Positions 25,799 to 32,929 of a stretch of 63,672 nucleotides of DNA are shown here, one piece after another. The notes beneath the pieces are model-generated. The model had not been told where the DNA came from. It made no database searches and worked only from the letters and a program-made list of their open reading frames with translations. The DNA is from Dehalococcoidia bacterium. GTDB taxonomy: Bacteria > Chloroflexota > Dehalococcoidia > UBA2979. Numbering within the stretch: the first letter of the stretch is position 1; each line of letters begins with the position of its first letter. The stretch is taken from the NCBI GenBank assembly GCA_003599735.1, contig QZJI01000057.1, positions 1-63,672 of the forward strand, read 5' to 3'. Position numbers and translations under genes: made by a program.

Positions 25799-28385
25799 CG
25801 CCGATGTCCTCATCATCCGGTTCGTACTCAGGGTCTGCTTCGTTGCCTGCTCGGCTACGCAGGAAATCCAACTGCTCGTAGTAGCGACGAAGTTCAGGCC
25901 GCTTCCGGAGTTCAGCGTCCGACTCCCCTGAGAGCGGCGCCAGTACACGCGCGGCAAAGAAGACCCGCGGCTCAATCGAGACACTGGGGTAGTCCTCGTT
26001 GATGCCCAACAGCTTGGCTATCTCCGGTGCCTCCCATTGCTCATGCTCGGAGAATGGCGAGTACCGCGGACGCGCGAATCCTCTCGCGACCATGTCATTC
26101 GATAGCCGCATCTCCCAGGTCGTCCGGGTGACGCTGCGAGGAGAAATTCCAACCCCTAAACCCCATCGCGAGATATCGAGGAGGTTGAGGTACGTGCGCG
26201 GGAGCTCCTGCTTGTCGGTTTGGTTCGTCAGGAGGCGGTCCCAGGTTTCGACGATTGGGCGCGCACTTTCGTCCTGCCTGACTTCTCCATAGATCAGCGC
26301 CAGCCCGGAGACCTCGAACAGATCCATGAGAGGATCAAGTACCGCTGAATTCACCTGATACGTCGGAGCCGTGTAGGTGGTCCGGACGTAGCTATCGAGG
26401 CGTAACGAAGCCGACATGACGGCTGGAAACAAGCTGCGCACGCTCTCCGCGTCACCTACGGCGACGGCGTCCGCCAGCTCATGCAAGCAGCGGTAGTGGG
26501 CGTCACCGAACCAATCAGGCTCGGATCGATCCCTTGATGGCGTCAGTTGCGGCAGCTGCTGCGCAAGTTGCCCGAAGACGCGCTTGCGGATCGCGGCAAC
26601 CTCGCTCCGCGCGGTATCGATCTCAGGTGTTTCGACTGGAGGGTTGCCGCCTCGGAACGCCTCAAATGAGGGCAACACTGAGGCCATGCGTGTCAACGTC
26701 AGCTGTGCCTTCTCAAGCAACTGGATGCTTTGAGTACACAGCGCAACTACATTCGTCGCCGGTTGGTTCGGCGGTCCGCTCAGCGAACTGTGTTCCCGCA
26801 CTGCTCTAGGAAGGTCGCGGCAGTACTCCCGAATGGCGAAGATGGCTGAGTCAGCTAAGGCCATCCTGATGAACCAGGCTGGGCTGATGCGCTTTCCCTC
26901 GATCACGATCTCCGCTTCGAGTTGGGTTCGGAGGTCGCCGACCGCTCGGAGCACCCGACGTGGCCCGCGCACCACTCCCACTGTCGCGTCGGTCGCGATC
27001 TCCGGTGCGCTGTCTTCGATCTCCTGCGGCCACTGCTCGATCCCTTGACCCCATCCGAGCAATCTGCTCATCAGTAGGGTCGGTGGCTCCCCTTGCACCG
27101 CCCGCCCGGCGTCGTTGTCGATCTGCATGTCCCAACACATGCGCGTGACGGCTCGACAGTACACATCCGCTGCGTCCGGGTAGCGGAGCGCAGCTACTTG
27201 CGCCGCGCTGCTCGCGGTCAGAGACGACACCGTTAGCGCGGCATCCCGATCCGCGGCCGCGACAGTCGCGGCCAATACCTCGGCCATGAGCCCGCCAAGC
27301 GCTGCCTCCAGCCAGAAGAGATCGGGCTCCTCCTTCCCCTGCAGCGGAATACCGGTTCGGATCGCAAGGTCCGTGGTGGAGTTGTCCGATTCGACCCACC
27401 GCGGATAATTCGCCGCTGGCAGATGCCAACCACTGTCCGCTGGTATCCGGCGGCGCTCTTGGGAGTAGATGACGAGAGCATTGGCCACGTTCCGGGCGAG
27501 ACCAGTCAGTCTCGATGTGCTGATTGCGGCGCGCTTCTGTGATAGCCGCACAATCTGCGACAGCAGGTGCAACTGATGCTGAATGCGTCGGGCCTCACGG
27601 CGGCGCAGCGCGTCGTGCGATCCCGCCAGCCGGTCGAGGCGATTCAGACTCCTTGCTAGCTGTGATAGGGGCTCTGAAACCAGCGCCAAGGGGTCGAGGA
27701 GATTCAGGGATCCAAAGGCAAGTTGACCGAACGCGAGCGCGGCGAACGCGAGTAGTAGTGCGTAGGCACCCAGCGAGATCATCCCGAATGGGACCGAGAG
27801 GGATTCGAGGAGGACCAGGAACAACCCCACCCCGAGCGCGGCGCCCGTTAGGCGAAGCCGGCGCAGCGTGCCTGAGCCGCCCAGAACCAGGCTGCGGATG
27901 TCCGCCGACACGTCCTGGTACACCGTCCCGACCACGATGCTTACCGTCGCCAGGTAGAGCCCCAGCAGGCTCGCCGTTACCTCTGCAGCCAGCTTCGGAA
28001 ACTCCGCCATCGGAGGCCGCGTCTCACCCAGCGGAACGATCCCGGGCCAGCGCTGGGACACTAACCACTCCGCACCTAGCAGCGCCCCACCCACCGTGAT
28101 GCCAAGCGCGAGCCCACCAAGAACTCCGCCGACGGCGCGTCTCGAGGAATCTACCAGCCGCGCGACCGAATCGATCGCGTCTCGCAGACGTACCGTCTGG
28201 CTCAGGCGGCGGAGTTGTCGTGCTTCCTCACGCTCGCGCTGCTTCCAGTAGTCCCTTGTCAGCTGATTCTGAACTTGCCTCGTAAGAGGGGTGGCGCGGT
28301 CGCGGCCAGCTCTCCAGCCCATTCCCGGCAGTGTTTTGAATCGAGAAAGCCAGCCCCACATATCGGAAGCGTAAACCAATTGCAC
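25791..28385 (-). CDS. Multi-pass membrane protein with a large soluble C-terminal region (864 aa)
   Basis: Four to five hydrophobic helices within about residues 84-228 (for example VGGVLGGLALGITVGGALLGA, LLGLYLATVSIVVGTVY, GAALGVGLFLVLLESL, LGAYALLLAFAALAFGQLAF), then about 630 aa with no motif. GTG start is uncertain; the alternative is ATG 28361. Confidence 0.6.
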   Translation of the reverse strand: MQLVYASDMWGWLSRFKTLPGMGWRAGRDRATPLTRQVQNQLTRDYWKQREREEARQLRRLSQTVRLRDAIDSVARLVDSSRRAVGGVLGGLALGITVGGALLGAEWLVSQRWPGIVPLGETRPPMAEFPKLAAEVTASLLGLYLATVSIVVGTVYQDVSADIRSLVLGGSGTLRRLRLTGAALGVGLFLVLLESLSVPFGMISLGAYALLLAFAALAFGQLAFGSLNLLDPLALVSEPLSQLARSLNRLDRLAGSHDALRRREARRIQHQLHLLSQIVRLSQKRAAISTSRLTGLARNVANALVIYSQERRRIPADSGWHLPAANYPRWVESDNSTTDLAIRTGIPLQGKEEPDLFWLEAALGGLMAEVLAATVAAADRDAALTVSSLTASSAAQVAALRYPDAADVYCRAVTRMCWDMQIDNDAGRAVQGEPPTLLMSRLLGWGQGIEQWPQEIEDSAPEIATDATVGVVRGPRRVLRAVGDLRTQLEAEIVIEGKRISPAWFIRMALADSAIFAIREYCRDLPRAVREHSSLSGPPNQPATNVVALCTQSIQLLEKAQLTLTRMASVLPSFEAFRGGNPPVETPEIDTARSEVAAIRKRVFGQLAQQLPQLTPSRDRSEPDWFGDAHYRCLHELADAVAVGDAESVRSLFPAVMSASLRLDSYVRTTYTAPTYQVNSAVLDPLMDLFEVSGLALIYGEVRQDESARPIVETWDRLLTNQTDKQELPRTYLNLLDISRWGLGVGISPRSVTRTTWEMRLSNDMVARGFARPRYSPFSEHEQWEAPEIAKLLGINEDYPSVSIEPRVFFAARVLAPLSGESDAELRKRPELRRYYEQLDFLRSRAGNEADPEYEPDDEDIGDA

Positions 28386-28539
28386 GCGCCGATGCGGGCA
28401 TGTACAGAGCTACCTCCGAGCGAGAGCGCCGGGGAGCATCTGTCGCTCATGATGGAGGCAGTCCACTAAAGAGCGGGGCGAGAGAAGAGGGCTTGTGAGC
28501 GAGAGTGTCTGTGACCATGGGATGTCTCGTGCCCCGCTC

Positions 28540-29664
28540 CTAGTCAGATCCAGGCCAATCAGCAGGCAGCTCAAACGTCTCGAGTGGAGTCGCGACAGGT
28601 TCCGCGGTCTCGCTCTGCCCCTCGGTGCCCCATGTGACTTCGCGAGCGAACGGTATGAGCTCCGACTCCAGCGGGTGCCGGGCCCTTGGGTGGTGGACCA
28701 ACTGCCAAGATGCGTTCGGTCCGAGCCAGACGTGTAGCCGCGGTGCGTAAAGGACGGCGGAGGCCCTCTCGCCCCGCAGGCCTTTGCGGTCCCGCCACGC
28801 GCCGTTCGGTCGCCAGGTTTTCGTCACCGTGGCGTCAGCGTGCAGAACCCATTCCTCGTCTCCGATGAGCGCCGTGAGTAGGTGCTCGTCGCGGGCGAAC
28901 TCCACGCCTGGCACCACGACCAAGAGAAGCGGCTCACCAATGTCGTCACCATACGCGCTGGTCTTCTTCTCCACGGCGCCGCGAATTCGGATCGGTGCGT
29001 CCACCGTCACCACTTCGCTCCCGTAGCCTCCGCGCGCGCCTTCAGGCTCAAGGCCGGGCTTCAGCCGGTACGCCACGATCTCAGCCTCCCAGCCTTCTCC
29101 ACTCCACTCCATTGATGGGTTGGAGTCGGTGTCTGGCAGCGTCTCGACCCAGCCAGTGACATCGCGAAGAAACGTTCCCCGACGGATCGGACGCTCGCCA
29201 GCCGCCCGGGAGTGATACATCAACGTCCATTTGTCGCTCACGACCTCGTTAAGGAGATCAACCGCCTGCATGCGCAGATCCTCAGTGCGAGCGTCGTCCT
29301 CGCGGGGGTTTGCCGTCGTGCACTCCACGAGAAACGAGAGGTCCCCTCGGCGCGCACGGAAGTCGGGACGCTTCGTCGTGCCGGGGATCTTCGGATGCAC
29401 CTCGACCTCGAAGCGCAGGCGGTGCAGGATCGCCATCGTCACAAGCTCGACTAAGGCGCCAAGGTGTACGGCGTGGTCGCGGCTGATGAAGCGCTGGCGC
29501 ACGTCGTGCTGAGCATCGTCCGGAAAGAGCTCAAACGCTTCTTCCAGGAAGGCGCGGACATGCACCGCTGGGACGCGTCCAGTGCGATTGAGGTAGGCGA
29601 ACGGTGCCTCGCGGAAGTCGGCCTCATCCACCGAGGTGCGTTGGCGGTCGCTGAACAGCTTCAT
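28540..29664 (-). CDS. Hypothetical protein (374 aa), possible restriction-endonuclease-like fold
   Basis: Start set at MKLFSD (GGAGAA lies 8 nt upstream). KRPDFRARRGDLSFLVECTT is loosely PD..ExK-like but lacks the Lys. Confidence 0.5.
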   Translation of the reverse strand: MKLFSDRQRTSVDEADFREAPFAYLNRTGRVPAVHVRAFLEEAFELFPDDAQHDVRQRFISRDHAVHLGALVELVTMAILHRLRFEVEVHPKIPGTTKRPDFRARRGDLSFLVECTTANPREDDARTEDLRMQAVDLLNEVVSDKWTLMYHSRAAGERPIRRGTFLRDVTGWVETLPDTDSNPSMEWSGEGWEAEIVAYRLKPGLEPEGARGGYGSEVVTVDAPIRIRGAVEKKTSAYGDDIGEPLLLVVVPGVEFARDEHLLTALIGDEEWVLHADATVTKTWRPNGAWRDRKGLRGERASAVLYAPRLHVWLGPNASWQLVHHPRARHPLESELIPFAREVTWGTEGQSETAEPVATPLETFELPADWPGSD

Positions 29665-30160
29665 GCAACGTTTCTCCGCTCGGTGCATCGTACCGAGGGA
29701 AGCATGGGCGCAACCTTAACGGGCGCCGCGCCCTGCGCGGAACGATGGGTCGAGGCTCTGCCGACGATCCGAGTCCGCCAGTTGGTGCTCGTACAAGTGC
29801 GCAGCGCCCCTTTGACCCCGGCAGCACGAGCCGGGCCAGACAGGGACAAGGTGGGACGAGACGGTATCGGGCGGCATGAGCGGCGCCGCGACCTTCCTGC
29901 CCTCACGCCGACTGCCTTCCACCTGGGAGTGGAACGACGCGCCTAAGCCGTTGCTGTAGCGATTTGCCACACGGACAGGCCTGCGAGCACCGCGGCTGCT
30001 CCCTGTGGGAGCCCGCGCGGGGCCGGGGCGCTTCCCGCCCGCCGACCACATCGCCCGTCGCTCTCAGCCGTACTCGAACGGGGAGCCCGCTGACACGAAA
30101 CGTTCGCCCCGCTCAAGTGTGCTGGTGGGTACATGGGCGAGACGCTCTGAGGTGCCCGAG

Positions 30161-30194
30161 CACCCGACAAAACGCCCGACAAACGCCCGACAAC
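30161..30194 (+). repeat. Three tandem direct repeats, consensus CGCCCGACAAA
   Basis: CACCCGACAAAA CGCCCGACAAA CGCCCGACAAC read directly. Lies about 110 nt left of the tRNA fragment. Confidence 0.8.
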
Positions 30195-30305
30195 AGCGCG
30201 TGAAATCGGGGGGCTTGGCGTGGTTCCGAGTGAAATTCGAGATCAACAATCCCTTGTAATTACTGGGGTTTGTGGCGATCAGTGGCCACGGGTGCGCTCG
30301 GACGG

Positions 30306-30355
30306 ACGGACTTCTAATCCGCTGGTCGGAAGTTCGAATCTTCCCGAGGGCGCCA
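30306..30355 (+). pseudogene. Truncated tRNA-Arg(UCU) 3' half (anticodon arm to CCA), att-like junction
   Basis: ACGGA-CTTCTAA-TCCGC anticodon arm (TCT at 30313-30315), variable TGGTC, T-arm GGAAG-TTCGAAT-CTTCC, acceptor 3' strand CGAGGGC, discriminator G, then CCA. No D-arm or matching 5' acceptor strand lies upstream. Confidence 0.65.
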
Positions 30356-30574
30356 CTGATTCCGGCATCGCAGCCACGAGCCAGGCAGGAGCGGTCTACG
30401 CCGCTCGATGAGTGGACCCAGCGATCCGCGAGCGTCGTACATTGAAGGCGCCAGCAAGCGTGCGCGCGAACCCCCGTGGGTCGAATCTGCACCTCGACGA
30501 ATGACGCCGGAATTTTCCCAGAGGTGCCGTCGAAATCTGAACCTCATGACCCAGATCGTGGAAAGGAGAATCCG

Positions 30575-30937
30575 ATGAACGACACGGGGCGCACAGTCCT
30601 AATGGTGATCCTTGTGGTGATCGCGCTGCCGCTCCTGTGGGGCGGAATGATGATGGGTGGTGGCGTGGGCTCGGGGATGATGGGCGGTTGGGGGGTATCG
30701 AGCGGTTGGGATCGCTGGGATCCATGGCGTGTAGCACTGAGCATGGTGTCTACGGTGCTTGTTGTTGGAGGTGTTGGTGCGGTCATACTGTGGGCTTCCG
30801 GAGCATTCAGCCAACCACCGCGGCAGGCGCCACCGTCCAGCCCGTCCGATGCACGCGATCTCCTCGATGCACGCTACGCGCGAGGTGAAATCACACGCGA
30901 GCAGTACCAGCAAATGCGGGAGGATATCGAGTCGTGA
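30575..30937 (+). CDS. SHOCT-domain membrane protein
   Basis: RBS AAAGGAGAA. Two hydrophobic helices with Gly/Met-rich linkers. C-terminal LLDARYARGEITREQYQQMREDI is the SHOCT motif. Confidence 0.7.
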   Translation: MNDTGRTVLMVILVVIALPLLWGGMMMGGGVGSGMMGGWGVSSGWDRWDPWRVALSMVSTVLVVGGVGAVILWASGAFSQPPRQAPPSSPSDARDLLDARYARGEITREQYQQMREDIES

Positions 30938-31440
30938 AGGCCGGGGGTGTGAGAGGCGAGTTCCGCACTTTTGGCGCCCTCGTTGGAGGGCTGGTGATGA
31001 TCATGATGGGCATCGCGCTGGCCGTCTTCAGCGGTGGGGGTGCCGGTCGCTTTGAAACGAACGGCGAGCGTATCTACTACACCGGCAGTAACCAGGATGG
31101 CAAGCGCATCGTTTATCGAGGTGGGGCAGCGTCAGGGATGATGATGGCGCGAGGTCTTGCTTGCGCCTCCTGCCACGGCAGCAACGCTCAAGGGGGCCAG
31201 CATCAAATGTACATGTTAGTTATGGACGCTCCGGATATCCGTTGGTCGACGCTTGCAGCAGAGGGCGAGGACGAGCATGCGGGTACGGGCGGCACATATG
31301 ACCTCGTGGCGTTCCGTCGGGCGGTGATCGACGGCAGACATGCGGGTGGCGAGCCGCTCAACGACCTGATGCCACGCTGGAGTTTGAGCGACACAGATCT
31401 AGCCGACCTTGCCACGTTTCTCCAGTCACTTGGTCAGTGA
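30934..31440 (+). CDS. Membrane-anchored c-type cytochrome
   Basis: N-terminal TM helix and a single CASCH (CxxCH) haem-binding motif. GTG start overlaps the SHOCT stop. Confidence 0.65.
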   Translation: MKAGGVRGEFRTFGALVGGLVMIMMGIALAVFSGGGAGRFETNGERIYYTGSNQDGKRIVYRGGAASGMMMARGLACASCHGSNAQGGQHQMYMLVMDAPDIRWSTLAAEGEDEHAGTGGTYDLVAFRRAVIDGRHAGGEPLNDLMPRWSLSDTDLADLATFLQSLGQ

Positions 31441-31688
31441 ACGCCAGTTACCTGGTGGGAGCTTGGCAAATCTGGAGCGGTGAGGGTTTCGGGAGGCGGT
31501 AGGGACGAGATCCCCACCCGCACGTTGTCCCGCCGAGCGGTCGGATCGACCCGCGCCCATCGCCATGAAAATTGTGAGGGCCGGGCTGAGGACATGACAC
31601 TTCGCCCGAACGTTCATTTCCTATTGGGACGAGATCCAGACCGACGCAGATCAATTTGCTCAATGGTTTTCGCCGAGGCGGCTCATGT

Positions 31689-32507
31689 TTAGCTAAGTGG
31701 CCCCGCGGTTCGAGCGTTGGTGTGTGAGAAGTAGGCATCGAAGCGCGCGGAGCGGCCGCGAAACTCGAGCGGTGGGACGCGGACGAACGAGGTCGCCAGA
31801 TGGGGCGCGTGCAACGGGCGCTTGACGACCACGCGGTGGCAGCCAGAACGCAGGGCGGCATCGAGCAGCCGTCCGGCATCTTCCTCTCTGCCGAGCAGCC
31901 GCGATAGCAGGCGCATCTCCTTCTTCGCGAGCGCGGACTGTGTGCGTTCCGGGAACATGGGGTCGAGGTAGATCACATCTGGCAGCGCGACCCCGGCCAA
32001 CTCGTCGAGATAGTCACAGGCGTCGGCACGGATGAGCGTCAGTCGTTCGGTGAGGGTGCTGGTTGTATCCGCTTCGCGAGCCCGACGCAGGCCATCCTCC
32101 AGTAGCGCGAAGACCACGGGGTGGCGTTCGATGGCCGCTACGTGGCAGCCGAGCAGGGCCAGAACGGCGGCGTCGCGGCCGAGGCCCGCGGTCATGTCGA
32201 TGATGTTCAGCGCCTTGCCTTTGAACCCGACCGCGCGCGCGAGCAGTTCGCGTCGGAGGGGCTGTGATCGTCGGTAGCCGAACGCGCCGCCTGTGAGGTC
32301 GCAGTACGCCGGGCCTTCGGTGCTGCCGGGCTGCAGCAGTTCCAGCCGTTCGTCGGTCACGACGAGTAGTAGGGGGTACGGCCCGTTGACATCGCCCGCG
32401 AACGGCAGGCCGAGGGTGCGCGCGAGGGCGGCCGCATATGCCGCACGCTCGGGGTGACTGGACTTGCAGCGCACCGCGACCTTTGGTGCTTCGTCCTGGT
32501 CCGCCAC
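31689..32507 (-). CDS. rsmJ: 16S rRNA (guanine1516-N2)-methyltransferase RsmJ
   Basis: TAGLGRDAAVLALLGCHVAAIERHPVVFALLEDGLRRA and VIYLDPMFPER..SALAKKEMRLL closely parallel E. coli RsmJ/YhiQ. Confidence 0.85.
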   Translation of the reverse strand: MADQDEAPKVAVRCKSSHPERAAYAAALARTLGLPFAGDVNGPYPLLLVVTDERLELLQPGSTEGPAYCDLTGGAFGYRRSQPLRRELLARAVGFKGKALNIIDMTAGLGRDAAVLALLGCHVAAIERHPVVFALLEDGLRRAREADTTSTLTERLTLIRADACDYLDELAGVALPDVIYLDPMFPERTQSALAKKEMRLLSRLLGREEDAGRLLDAALRSGCHRVVVKRPLHAPHLATSFVRVPPLEFRGRSARFDAYFSHTNARTAGPLS

Positions 32508-32622
32508 GATACCTGCTGTCCTCTACGCTTCCGGGCCTTCGGTTCAAGCCTATCAGGCAGTTTCCGCTGGTCAGCCGCCAACGTTTCCGGACGCTTCGGT
32601 TATCCTCAGGCGCGGAGGATCG

Positions 32623-32886
32623 ATGCTCGAACCGCAGGCCGCTCCAACGATTGCCGTCCGGCTGACGCTGTTTGCCGACCTCAGGCGGTTCGAACCGAAA
32701 GGATCGAGCGGCCCGCGTGTCTTTGTCCTCGAGTCGGGGGCAACGGTCGCTGACCTCGTGGCCGAGGCGGGCATCCCCGCCACCGAGGACGTCACGGTTG
32801 GCCTCAATGGCGAACGAGGGTCGCTCGATGTGCCGCTCCACGACGGTGATGACGTCGTTCTGTTCAGCCAGATGGAGGGCGGTTAG
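32623..32886 (+). CDS. MoaD/ThiS-family ubiquitin-like sulfur-carrier protein
   Basis: 87 aa ending in GG. RBS GGAGG. Start set at MLEPQ within track ORF 32464..32886. Confidence 0.6.
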   Translation: MLEPQAAPTIAVRLTLFADLRRFEPKGSSGPRVFVLESGATVADLVAEAGIPATEDVTVGLNGERGSLDVPLHDGDDVVLFSQMEGG

Positions 32887-32929
32887 CCCTCGTTGTCCCG
32901 CTCCCTCGTGCGATGAAAGAAGAAGCCGC

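Larger units (their letters stand above)
1..30355. mobile_element. Right-hand portion of an integrated element (ICE/integrated-plasmid-like). The left end and the integrase are outside the window.
   Basis: Backbone genes typical of conjugative/integrative elements (primase, Rad52-like SSAP, ArdC, orphan MTase plus SNF2 helicase, ParB-like). These are followed by defence cargo and a 50-nt tRNA-Arg 3' fragment at 30306-30355. Housekeeping genes start just to the right. Confidence 0.6.

Noticed and set aside
25799-25984. 62-codon N-terminal extension of the 333-aa gene
   Set aside because: It overlaps the 3' end of the 864-aa gene by about 190 nt. ATG 25798 gives the usual short (8-nt) overlap.
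28471-28539. Inverted repeat GAGCGGGGC ... GCCCCGCTC as a terminator after the 374-aa gene
   Set aside because: The arms are separated by about 51 nt with no clear internal pairing and no U-tract. It is too weak to call.
30250-30355. An intact tRNA-Arg gene
   Set aside because: Only the anticodon arm through CCA is canonical. No GCTCAG-type D-arm is present, and no 5' acceptor strand lies at the right distance: GCGCTCG at 30294-30300 is 6/7 complementary but leaves only 5 nt for a D-arm. Called a truncated fragment instead.
1-30355. Prophage interpretation of the element
   Set aside because: No terminase, portal, capsid, tail or lysis genes are in 30 kb. ArdC, the ParB-like gene and the orphan MTase/helicase point to a conjugative or mobilisable element. 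The unseen left part could change this.
32672-32929. N-terminal extension of the AOR ORF
   Set aside because: It overlaps the MoaD-like gene in another frame and is Ser/Arg-rich. The conserved AOR N-terminus starts at MERFGYWNK (32930).
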